Assembly (NCBI GenBank): GCA_028534125.1
Contig: CM052817.1
Span: 53,632,001 to 53,696,000 of the forward strand
DNA from: Lama glama
Taxonomy: Eukaryota
Length of the DNA: 64,000 nt
Direction of reading: 5' to 3'
Shown here: positions 40,300-52,149 of the stretch, one piece after another
Numbering within the stretch: position 1 is the stretch's first letter
Layout: each line of letters begins with the position of its first letter
Program-made: the position numbers and the translations under genes
Notes under the pieces: model-generated
What the model was told of the DNA's origin: nothing
Seen by the model: only the letters and a program-made list of their open reading frames with translations
Database searches by the model: none

Positions 40300-40500
40300 C
40301 AAACTCTTGAATGAATGCTTCTAATTGGAAGAGCCCTCCGATTCCATGGCCTTGTTTCAAGGAAGGTTGGGAAAGTATATTCCTGGTATTTTGCTTGAGA
40401 AGACAGGATTTATATGGAAGGAAATTTTCCCTCGACTATGAAGAGGAGTATTCAAGATGTGGTGGACAACCACCAAGTATGAAAAATGATCGTTGTAATA
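40300..40500 (-). mobile_element. Partial ERVL LTR (putative 5' LTR of the same provirus)
   Basis: ctaattgg..ggattt..ggaaatt..gaggagtattcaagatg.. is collinear with 38040-38200. Confidence 0.55.
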
Positions 40501-41250
40501 TACCCATAGATCCTAGATACAAATAGTATTGACATTCTAATGTAAGATAATGGAGGTCAAGAATTAAATGAGAACATATTACATGCTTTTTTATAGAACA
40601 TAGAAGCAAACAAAATGAAATATATCCCAAATTGTCTGATCTAGACTATCTCAAAGGAAGTTCAAAACATCCACTGGAGAGAGCAAGTCACTTATTTATT
40701 TACAGCGTATGACATGGTGACTTCATTGCTAAGCACTAAAGTTAGAACAGTGAGTTTGCATTCCAGTGGGAAAACTGAAAGAATCATACAACTTGAAGGC
40801 AGACAGAGCTTTATGATCAGACCCTCAAAGCATAGTCTGAGCAAATGAGGAAGGTCTGTTGTTGACTGAATGAAAGTGAGAAATGACAGCAAAATTAGAG
40901 GTTAAAAACTCTCTTAAACAGAAATGGAATTTTGATGTCATTATAAAAATGTTTTTTTTCCAGAAGCGCAATGAGTTATATTGAATGACCCTAATGTCTA
41001 ATTCATTCTCTAACAGTAACTGGAGAGCTTAATTATTCTGTCTTGAGATGTCTTGGTCCTTTCTAGCCTCTACTGTTTTCCACAGTGGCTGAGAGCCAGA
41101 AAAGGTGAAAGAATAAAATGAAAATGACAAGAGTCATTGATTTTCTAGTCAACAAGTTCCAAGTTGACAAATTATTTCCAGGTCAGGCTTCCAGTCAGGT
41201 TGTAAAATGTTTCTCCAGCTAAAGTTTTTTAAAAAGGCACATTATCAGGC

Positions 41251-41467
41251 CTTATTTATTTATTTATTTATTTAAAAATCAAACATATTGAGGAATATAA
41301 CTTACAAACAGTATAAAGCACCCATTATGAGTGACTAGTTCTACGGGTTTCAGCAAATGTTATATACACATATAACCACCACCACAATCAAGCTATAGAG
41401 CGTGTTCATCACTCTAAAGTAATCCTTTGTTCCCCTTTCCAAATGATACCTCCCCCAACTCCTAGCA
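41251..41467 (-). mobile_element. L1MB/L1ME 3' terminal fragment
   Basis: (TTTA)n tail, tattgaggaatataac..taaccaccaccacaatcaagctatagagcgtgttcatcac. Confidence 0.8.
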
Positions 41468-41612
41468 TCTTCTTTTTTAAGGTAAGAAAGCTTACATTTG
41501 TGTTATAAATTTTTTAATCTAAAAAGCTAACATTTGAATTATTAGCTTCTAGGTAGAACTTTCTCTGTCTCTGCTTCTCTCTAACCTTCCTGATTTTGTC
41601 TTCTCATAACAG

Positions 41613-41699
41613 CCGACAACAACCTTCACAAGGTTAAACTCATCCTGCATTTGGCCAGACTTCATTGTGTATATCCAGCTGCGTATTGTTGTTAAATCG
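41613..41699 (+). other. Candidate 87-bp internal exon of an unidentified (probably non-coding) transcript
   Basis: Branch point CTAAC at 41581-41585, AG-free pyrimidine tract, acceptor aacag|, donor tcg|GTAAGT. Confidence 0.4.
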
Positions 41700-43507
41700 G
41701 TAAGTGTATATCTTTTTATGTCTGTATAGGAAAAATTCACTTAAATCCTCATATCGATTGCCAGGCATTATATTTAGCATGAGTCTCAGACTGTGGTGCT
41801 AAAAACGTTAAACAAGACCCCTGCCTTCACATGGATTACAATCTAAGTAAGTTGAATAAATTTACTGAAATTTACTGTAAACCAAACCCAATATCATTAA
41901 TTCTATTAAATCTAACACATCCTGTGTAATTTTAACACCATAAAAATGACAACATTGTTTCAGCTGTAAATTCTGTATATTTTATATGCGTATAATTACA
42001 TGCATATAATCAATAACTACTTAAACAACTAAGCAATGCATACTGAATGAATAAATATTTTATTTTTCATTTATTGACTTCATCCACTATTTGATTCGTC
42101 TAAAGAATTATATGATCTATATACATACATAAGATAGTTCTGAAAACTAGTTCTGAGTCTTTTCTTTCATTAAAACTAATTAGCAAAATACATTATATGG
42201 CAGCAATACTCTTCTACCAGCAACTCTTTATTTTTTCCCCCAGTATCTACCACCTAACTCATCAATTTGACAGTCAAAATAATTTTAAACTCCTCCGTTA
42301 TTTCCCTTATGTTCTGATATTTAAAAAAAAATCTTTTAAAGACTAAACTTTATTATAAATGTCTTTCTTCTCTGAGTCAAAAAAAAGTTAAAATCAATTC
42401 TATAACAAAATATAGAAATGGCTCAACTGAATGTGTGCAAGCTAGGGAGTAAAACAGGCACAGTCTGTTATTTGATGAAATAGAAATGGACAATAAACCG
42501 AATGAAAAAAATATACAAGCAAAGATGGAATACAGCCAAAAAGCCAGTAAATGGAAGGTTGTAATTAAGCAGGCACCTAGTGGATTAGAGGAAATTAGAC
42601 CGCTGCTGCTGTGTTTCTGCTGCCAGCACAGAATGCTTTTTAACTCAAAATAGTCAACAGCCTACCAAGAGGACTGTAATTATATATTTTTAATTTTATT
42701 TCACAGGGTATGAAGCAGACAGGATAAAATCAACAAAAATTGACAAAACTGCCTACTATCAATTATATTAAGTTAAATAAACGTATCTCTGTGAAAAGAG
42801 TTACTAAATTTTAAGTTTCAAAAGTTGTATTGTATATTTATTTTGATTCCGATCATGTGGCATTCAGGCAAAGCCTCCCAGATAAATATCAAAAGGTAAA
42901 TATGTGAAGAATTTCATTGCCAGCATCCTGCACAAGAAACATCTGGCATCATAATCCTAAAATAACATATATCAAGAGTAAATGTCTTGAGCTGAATAAA
43001 TAAATTCAAAGCATCATCTTAGACTAGAGCATCTACATTTGGATTAGCCCAGTTTCCTTAGGAACTTTGATTGGGGACCAGCTTTCAGGAAGAACATAAG
43101 ACTCAAAGGAAGTTTTCAGAGAACTCACGTATTAGCTCCTCTTCCCTCCATGAACCATTCTCTTCTACCAACCCTGCCACCCACCCATGTGTCTATAATT
43201 CTCACTCAGTTAACTGCATGCCATGGGCTCTCCCAACTCTAGATTCCCACAATATTCCCCAAAGTGGCCTCTGGTCCTGATGCCGGAAACAAACATGATG
43301 GCTTAAACACCAATAGTTAAACGAATAATGCCTTTATGTCCTACTCATTCTAAGGAACATCTATCTACAGCAATTGGGTGCTGTGGATTGGGTGGTAAAG
43401 GATAACAGAGGCAAAATCTTTACGAAGTTGGAGAAGAAAAATTCTAGAAATTAATGCTTTGTCTGGTTTTATCTCTGGCCAACCCTTTTTCATTTTATTT
43501 TCCCCAG

Positions 43508-43614
43508 ATTTTGTTATAGATCTTCCTGCTTCGTTTTCCACTGCCACCACCAGTTATAACACCAATTGTTACTGATTGATTGTTCTGATTGAAGACTCTT
43601 CAGAAATAGGTAGG
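43508..43614 (+). other. Candidate 107-bp internal exon
   Basis: Acceptor ccctttttcattttattttccccag| and donor agg|GTAAGT. Confidence 0.35.
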
Positions 43615-44669
43615 GTAAGTCAGTCTACCTCCATCAAATGTCCTCCTGTCTACTGAGATTGTCAGGAGTGCCTGTAGCCAAGTCCAGCTATTAGGTTAAA
43701 AACTCAGCCCCTCATCCAATCTTTCATGATTAAAAGAATGAAGAGGTATGTAAATCAATACAATTGAGATGTTAATACTATCTAATACAGAAAAAAATCA
43801 TTAAGAATCATATTCTCAGGTGATCTGAAGTGTTTAGACTTGCAACTTGTTTGATGAAACCTAGACATTGTCGGGTATGGGCGACTGAATAACCATTGTC
43901 AAAAAAGAAAAAGAAAAAGACTTGCCTTTAGAAATAAAACTACTTTTGTTATAATTCAATCAACCAGATTGCTATTGAACACCTAAAATTATGTAATTTT
44001 AGAGGCAGAAAGTGCTTTAGGGATAATTTAGCTAGATATTTTCATTCAGAATATGATGAAATTAAATTCTTGAGATATAAAGCAATTTACATAGGATACC
44101 ACAAGTTAAAGCCAGAAGACCTATGTCTCCCAATATTCAGAGCAGCATCTTCCCTCAACTATGATAATAATGGACGGATATTTTCGTGCTAGTCATTCAG
44201 GGAAATGAAAATGACTGTTGGTCACGTATTTATCTTCCTCAAAAGTAAAATAATTTTATTAGGACTATGAAGAAAAAAAAAGTACATTCTGGACATTAAA
44301 TTCTCAATAGAGGGTATTTCTGAGGAGCAAGATGACTGAAATATTTTACTTTCTATGTTGCAGACATAACCAGAACATTCTGAAGTCATGCAGCCTTCTA
44401 GAGTTTACCCTTTTTTAATATCCTTTATTAACACAACTCAAGCCTCCATTCCACGGGAGCAGATTCATTCCTCTTCCTGCTATTTCTGAGCCTTCCTGAG
44501 GCACCACGAGAATGAGAAGGGACATTTGCAGAAGGGACTCAGAACTGCATGGATGCTTTACACTATGTCCCTGTTCTCGGTTCAATTTTATATTACTTAG
44601 TAAAACCTAATGCTACCTCCGGTTTCTCCCCTTCTCTATGTATGATTTTACCTTCAACTTTGTATTTAA

Positions 44670-44865
44670 TTTTTATACTATGCCTACCAGTGATGTAAGA
44701 ACTTCATGTGCATTAACTGATTTAATCCTGGAAACAACTCTGTGGATTAAGCACACTTTACTCCTGTTTTGGAGCTAAAATAAACCTGGCACAGAGAGGT
44801 TGGGATTTGAGCCCAGGCAGGCCTGGCTACATAGGCAATGCCCCTAAACATGTCTGCACTGCCTC
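44670..44865 (-). mobile_element. MIR SINE
   Basis: cattaactgatttaatcct..aacaactctgtg..ggcacagagaggttgggatttgagcccaggcag. Confidence 0.8.
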
Positions 44866-45987
44866 TGTTTTGTTCCCCAACGTGCAACTAGCATAAGGCT
44901 GTTGTGTAAAATTTCTACCAAATCCAAGATATACTGGAGCATCATTACTGCATAGCAAAAAAAATAGAGATTAAAAATTGAACTGTGGCCATTATTGTTC
45001 CTAAATTCCTGGCCATCACTGCCACAAAGAATCTCTTACCTTCCTTTCTTTGTCCCCCAGTTTCTCACATTGTTATCCCTCTTTTAGGGCCACCCTTTCC
45101 CATTTCCTCTGTACTTTGAATCTTATGAAGCCAACCAAAGTCCTCCCTCTCAAGTCAAGAAACAACTCAAATTTCCTGTTACCGTTTTGAAGAATATCTT
45201 TTTTATCACCTTTCCAAAGAAGCCTGGCCTTTGAACTTCATAACCAAATGATCTATTATTCTAAGTTTGCTTCTTAAAAAAATTTATCTACCCTGACCAA
45301 CGCTTCTTCCCCCACTAAAATGAGGATGTGAATATGGTTCAATTTTGTTTGATATTTTTTCTCCCATTGTATGTATTTTAGAAAAAAAATTGTTTTTAAA
45401 TTAGAAGAAATTATTCTAAATTATAAAGTTAGATTTATCCTTAACTTTTTAAAATGTCAATATGCAAGTTGACACTGTTTTCTAGACACTAAAAGGTAAT
45501 ATAGGGACATATTTGAGAAGTCGAACAGCAGAAGGCCCTTTCTACTTTTACTTCTTGAGTATAAGTGACAGACTCAACCATAAATTTAGGTGGACTTACA
45601 TCTGTTAGTAGAGTAATGAAGAATCAAAAAAAAAATACTAACTCTATAAATTCTTTAATGTAATAATTAGGAAATACCTACTATATAATTATTATTTGGA
45701 ATATTAAAATTAATCATCTTAAATATTTAAGATGTTTTTCAGTTTTTGAATACTGATTTAGAAGTGGATGAAATCTAAAGACTCTTTATGGAGAAAAATA
45801 CACACACACATATAAAAAAAGAATTGTGTACAAAATAACAGAAAGTTAACCCTTGAACGGGGTCCACCAATCTCTAGATTTAAATTACAACATATTATAT
45901 TAAATTTATTTTTAAATGTTAATGTTGTATAGTTTATTAACCTTACTTTTACTAAAGAATTACTGTTTCTAAATTTAAGACATGTTA

Positions 45988-46165
45988 CTGTATTTAATAA
46001 GAACTATGTTACCTTTGATTGTAATATGTCTCATTATTTTATGTTTCATGAAGAAAAAAGAATTCAGTTTTAATTAAAGGATCCCATTAATTGTAAGATG
46101 CTTCCAAGTTTCAGAGTTGTTAAAAATGTGAAAAAAAAATGCATCTTAAAATCAATGAAGTCTGG
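45988..46165 (-). mobile_element. MER104-like Tc2 MITE, 178 bp, TA on both sides
   Basis: Minus strand ccagacttcattgattttaagatgcattttttt..cacatttttaacaactctgaaac..gcatcttacaat matches the MER104/Kanga TIR as I recall it; flanked by TA at 45986-45987 and 46166-46167. Confidence 0.8.
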
Positions 46166-47544
46166 TATGTCTTTTTTATTTTAGACATGAGAAATTGTTT
46201 TACTTCAGATAAATCAATGTATGAAATATTAGGTCTTAGAGTCTTTACCATTTTTCTTTATTATTTTCCAAGAACTGAATTCACTTTTCTTCAGAAATTC
46301 ATACACTTGTACCTAATTTTATTGTAGATCTATTATTTTCAAAAGATTATTTTAACATGTCTGACCTTATCCTGCAAACTTCCAACCTCTTTCTTGCTTT
46401 AAATTCTATCTCCAGACCTGAGCCCACACTGTAGGAGGTAGTATAAAATGAAGCAGAGGCCAAGCATCCTGCAATTTCTCAAATAATTCATATTCGTTCT
46501 CTGATTCCTTAGATGTTGAATTCTACCTTCTGATATATATTTCAGCAGGCTCTCTTCAGAATCTAGAGGTGTCTGCCAGACCACTTCTACCTACTGTGAT
46601 TTTTCGGTCCAGCTTCATGTTGATGTAAAGACCCACTGTATCCTTGATCCAAACCTTTGCTTCAAATCCAACCTAGCACTATGCTTCTGATCCACCTTTG
46701 TCAGAGTTGTCAACAAAACCAACGTTAACTGTAGGGCTGGCAAGGTGTTCCATCTGGAACATGGTTTTTGGGCCTGATAGTTCTTTCTCCTCATTTCATC
46801 ATAAAATATATTTCATATTATTATCTTCATTGACATAAACCAAAGGTCAAAATTTCGTGATCCAAGAAAAAGCTGAAAAAGACTGAAAACATTAAAGTAT
46901 TGAGAACACTAAGCCATATCGACTTGCTGCTAATGCCCAGAAAGAAACCAAAGGTGGGAATATTGACAGGAATCAGGTTTATTTATGGTTGGATATCTTT
47001 AATTTGCCAGATGTTCAAGGAACTCATTTAACTGATGAGATCTATCCAACCCATCAGATGTGTAAATAAAAAAAATTATTTCAATCTGAGTATTCTTGAA
47101 CAAAGGAAAGCAATTAATTAGTTAGATAATTACTTTTAAATGTAGTTTAGAAATTGAAAATAGTATACAAGACTTGGGTACTAGGTTTTTGTAATGAATA
47201 CCTTAATAAAGACTAAGAGATTTTGACATAACAGAGCAAAATTAAAACCCACAAGTAATAAGCAAATTTATAGATATAAAAAGGTTTTCAAAGTATTAGC
47301 AATTAACCTGGACAACCAAACAGAGAAGAGATATATAACTTTCCACATTATCACATTTATCTAATAATAGAAATATACTAAGAAGTTTAAATGTTAAAAG
47401 GCGTCAATGCCAATACAGAATTTTTAGATATGTTAGATTATTGACTTACAATTTGTTTTTATATGTCTATGTATGCTTTATAGTTTGCAAAATCACAGCA
47501 CAACTTATTAAATATACATACATACATATATACACACATATATA

Positions 47545-48205
47545 AAGCCTATCCTCATTATTCAGTAATTTCACATTTGTTAATTCATCCACTTGCTAAA
47601 ATTTATTTGTAACCTCAAAATCAATACTCATGGCACTTTTGCTGCCTTTTGGAGATATTCTCAACACAGGGCAGAAAAACATTTCAGTTGCCGGCACTCA
47701 CATTCCCTTCAGAAATTGAACAAGGCAACACTTCTATCTTCTTGTTTTAGCTCTCATACTGCAAGCAAGTGTCATTTTCACAGTTTATTTAACACCAAAC
47801 TTTTTTTTTTTGCATTTTTGTGCTTTTTGTTGATGATTTTGATGTTTTTAAATACCCCCAAGCATAGTGCCAAAGTGCTACCTGGTGTTACTAAAGGCAA
47901 GAAGGTTGTGATGTTCCTTATGGAGAAAATATGTGTGTCAGGCGAGCTTCATGCAGGCATCAGTTACAGTGCTGTTGGCCACAAGTCCGAGGTTAATGAA
48001 TCAACAATATATGTTAAATAGGGTGTCTTTACACATAAACACAAATAAAACAAAGTTACATATTGATCAGCTGATGAAAATGTAAGCAGAGGCTCACAGG
48101 AAACGAACCCTGTGTTTTTCCCTAAATGCAATGCTTAGTATTGTCTAACTCAGTGTTCAAGGAGACTTTTAGAGCATAACTACCATGAATAAAAATAATC
48201 AACTG
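47545..48205 (+). mobile_element. MER82-like TcMar-Tigger element, near full length
   Basis: atcctcattattc..cttgctaaaatttatttgtaacctcaaaatcaatactc..aatcaactg; ORF 47593-48021 ends in a transposase HTH-like remnant (KKVVMFLMEKICV..SYSAVG..VNESTIY). Confidence 0.85.
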
Positions 48206-48226
48206 TCTATATTAGAGAATGCCAGG

Positions 48227-48744
48227 TTTAGAGAACATTTGTTTGTCTTTTGTTTCCAGTTATTCAGAGTTTCTTATTTGGTGGAAGGGATTGTTCCATT
48301 GTTGGAGTCTCAGTTGGAAAGTAAATTGGTTAGCCGAAGGGAACCAGATTCTGTCTCTCCTTGACCTTGGCAGTCAGGGACCAGGCACCCGACCTAGTAC
48401 CAGTCAATTTAATGCTGCTACCTAGGACACTGAATATTAGGATGGTCGTGAAAGCTTGTGGTGTGAAAACAAAGGCATGGTTTTAATATATTCCTGGGGG
48501 AGCAAATTTCAGCTGCAGCCGTGTTTTGTCACAGAGACCCAGTCAGGCAAGTTTGCAATGTGATCAAAGCTGGGAATCTTGATACTGATGCTTCCTTGTT
48601 TCCTGTTCATTCTCTGAGCCTGATTCTCCAATTGTCCCATCAAGTCTGTGAGTGATGGCCTGATATAATTCCAAGAAGCTTCTTTTCTGGTTAGTCAGCC
48701 AGGTATTGTTTTGTGGTTTGCAACCCAGAATCCAAACTGATGTA
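48227..48744 (+). mobile_element. ERVL LTR33-like solo LTR
   Basis: ccttggcagtcaggga..acctag..cagtcaat; 3' end cttttctggttagtcagccagg..tgtggtttgcaacccagaatccaaactgatgta. Confidence 0.7.
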
Positions 48745-50242
48745 ACCATTATATGCCAAGTGTTATGCCAAATACTGTCAAATTATGTTAAAAATCTATA
48801 TAAATTTGGAATTATTTTAGAAAATAGAAAACATACATGAAGTAAATATATTTTCCTTAAAGGGTTTATCATCTATGTCTACCTTTACCTAATATTTAAT
48901 CTAAATTATAGTAGAGAGAACCAGAATTTTTTAAAACGTGTTTAAGATATTTTAAAAGATTAATTTGTACTCAATAAAACTATTAAAATATGTGTTAAAG
49001 ATAACTAAAACTGCGACCTAGACTGTCAATCATTTCACTGATAAAGTAATCTGAATATTCATTTCCTTAGACAGACCTTTCAAGATTTTTTTTACCTTTT
49101 TACAACCTTTCTGAACTTTAGGGTGTGACATTTTCTCCAGCAAAAATATTTTGTAATTATAAAGCATAATTGAACTGCCTTTCAACTCCATTGAAACATG
49201 TAAAACTATATCTAACAAGGAATTAAAAGTTAAGAAAGCCAAACAACTCTTCTTTAGATATTTCTTACAAATATAAGTTTTACTGGACAAATTCTGCATA
49301 TTGTTTAGACACAGATAATTCAGTACCTCTAGGGTTATTTTCCTGGCATATAGGCATGAAATCATTTGCTTACATTCTCTTCCCTATTGACTTCACGATA
49401 AGTATCTGAAACCACCAAAAACATGCAGGCTTTAGTTCTTCTATCTATTTTACAAACTACTTGGTCCCATGGTGCTTTGGTTCTGTTTTGTTTATTTCAT
49501 TTTCACATTGCAGAAGTGTTGAATAATGAAACTGTTTTCACAGATTATATTTCCCCAAAATTGTTTAGACATACTTGCAATTTCTCTCACTTCTTAAAAA
49601 AGACAGTTTCTGGTCCCACATGCTGAAGTGTTGAAGGCCCCGGGGGAACAAAAATAAAAATTTTTGTTACTCCTAGATTAAGCCTATCACTGAGAGCAGT
49701 TAGAAACACTCCTCACATACTAGAAATATAATTGTCAAGTTCTAGAAAGAACAGTCATCAACCCCACCTGAGAAGCACAGCTGACACAGACCAAAAAGAG
49801 CCTCGGGGGTGCTGAAAGTCTTGGCAGCTTCTAAACTCAACATCCCTGGGTATTTGTAAACCAGGTGAGCAACACCAGGCCATCACAGAAATATGTTTGC
49901 ATGTCATTTATTCAAATACAATCTGTTAAAGTTAAAAAGGAAATACACCAACCATGACACAGTGACTAGCCAAACTGACATGAGTCTTCCTCGTGCAACC
50001 TGTAGAAGATGGAAGAGCCAGGTGGCCAAGAAACTGTTCTGCATCCCATGATCTACACTGTCCAGGAAAGAGCCCCTTTCATTTGAGGTAGACTTTTTTT
50101 AGAAATCTTTTTTCTGAAAATAGATTAGCACTCAATTTTATATAGTAGGATATTAGAATTCTTTTTCCAAATCTTTTCAAGCATATCTTAAGACAATTTA
50201 ACAAATATTATTAATAATTCTACATATTGGTCACAAATATTG

Positions 50243-51100
50243 TTGTTAATATTGTTAAAATATCCATGCTACTCAAAAGCGTCTGTAGATTCAGTGAAAT
50301 TCCTGTCAAAATTCTAATGGCAGTTTTCACAGTAATAGAAAATATAACCCTAAAATTTTTGTGGAACCATAGAAGACCCAAAATAGCCAAAGCAATCCTG
50401 AGAAAGAACAAAGCTGGAAACATCACACTTCCTAATTTCAAACTATACTGGAATGCTACAGTAATCAAAACAGTATGGAACTGGCATAAAAATAGATTCA
50501 TAGACAATGGAACAAATTCATGAGCACAGAAATAGACCTTCACATATATGGTCAACTAATATTTGAAAAGGAGTCAAGAATAATCAGTGAGGAAAGGATA
50601 ATCTCTTCAATAAATGGTGTTGAGAAAACTGGATAATCTCATGAAATGAAATCAAACCTCTACTTACACCATGCACAAAAATTAACTCAATATTGGTTAA
50701 AGACTTAAACATTACACTGGATAGCAGAAGAAAGCATAGGGGAGAAGCTCCTTGACTTTGGTCTTGGAGACAAGTTTTTGAATCTGACACAAAAAGCACA
50801 GGCAACAAAAGCAAAAATAAATGAGACTACATCAAACTAAAAAACTTCTGCACAGCAAATGAGACAACCAACAAAATTAAAAGGCTTATTGTTATATTAT
50901 TGTTATTTACGTAACAGAAGAAAATATTTGCAAATCATACATCTGATAAGGGGCTAACATCCAAAATATATATGGAACTTATACAACTCAACAGCAAAAA
51001 AAATCTGATTTTCAAGTGGGCATAGGATCTGAATAGACATTTCTCCAAAAAAGATATCCAAATGGTGAGCATGTAAATGAAAAGATGCTCAACATTACTA
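50243..51100 (+). mobile_element. L1 ORF2 internal fragment
   Basis: ORF 50227-50523 ([49 protein letters not shown]) is L1 ORF2. Confidence 0.95.
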
Positions 51101-51623
51101 TTGGTTTGAATGTGGGGTGGGAACTATAGAGAGACATCAATGATACTTCACAGTTTTTGGCTGAGCAGCTAGAATAATGGAACTGACTTTTACTAGGAGG
51201 GACAATTATAGATGAGAAAAGTAAGTTTAAGAAGAGAAATCAGGAACATGGTTTTTGATATATTCATTTGTGAATCTAAGTGGAGATGTCTATGCATGTA
51301 TACATGCCTGTATTTCATGGAAACAGATCAGGCTGGAGATACCAATTTAGAGTCATCGTGATATCAGATGTTATTTGAGGCCATCCGTGTATGTGATTTC
51401 ATGAGATCACTGTAAGCAAGTAGATAGGCTGACAGGATACAAGCTTCAAGACTGAGCACTGAGCACTTTAACTCGTAGACATTAGGAAGAATGAAATCAA
51501 CAGAGCAGGCTCAGGAGGAACAGCTCGTAAGGTAGAGGAGAACCAAGAGAGCATTCTATCCTGGAAGTCAGGAGAAGAAAGTGTTTTATGGAGAAGGGAA
51601 TAATCAAATGTTTTAAGTGCTGC
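51101..51623 (-). mobile_element. L2 fragment interrupted by an LTR
   Basis: caggctggagatacca..ttagagtcatc..gagatcac..gactgagcactgagcac..ggagaaccaagaga..tcctggaagtc..tcaaatg..tgctgctgatggg. Confidence 0.8.
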
Positions 51624-52149
51624 TGATGGGGTTCAGGACACGCTACCCTAAAATATGTCACCTTGGCATATTGAATATTTTAAGCTGAAGGAGCTTTAGA
51701 AAATGGCAGAATCAGGAAGGTCACTCTGACCTCCACCTGCCACCCTTGCCCTTCTTCCCTGAAACAGTCCATGAAGTCCCTATGTGAGAGGTGCCCTCCC
51801 TACACCCGGAGGAAAGGAATATCTTCACCTCCAAAGATAAAGGATGCCAAGAAGAATCTGCACAAATAGGTCTTGTTTATTTTCCCCAGTTTGTTATACT
51901 TACCTCATACTCTCTGAGTATGTCTATAGTATGTCTACACCCCTGGGCATTCTTCATCAAATCTACCTAGCATTAAAATACTCAGGAGTGTTTCTCTGGG
52001 TCTTCATTTCCTTAATGAAGTCTCCCATGTTACATAAAACTTATATTAATTTGTATATTTTTCTTCTGCTCATTGTTTTTTGTCAGTTTAACTTTCAGGC
52101 CCAGCCAGGTACCAGAAGAGGACTAGGGAATATTTTTTCCACCCCTGCA
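51624..52149 (+). mobile_element. ERV1 solo LTR, MER34-group, with perfect 4-bp TSD CTGC
   Basis: tgatggggttcaggacacgctaccctaaaatatg..ccttggcatattgaatattttaagctgaagg..cccctgca; TSD at 51620-51623 and 52150-52153. Confidence 0.9.

Noticed and set aside
47593..48021. 142-aa ORF as a domesticated transposase
   Set aside because: It lies wholly within a non-autonomous MER82-like element, has a non-ATG start and contains only a partial HTH remnant.
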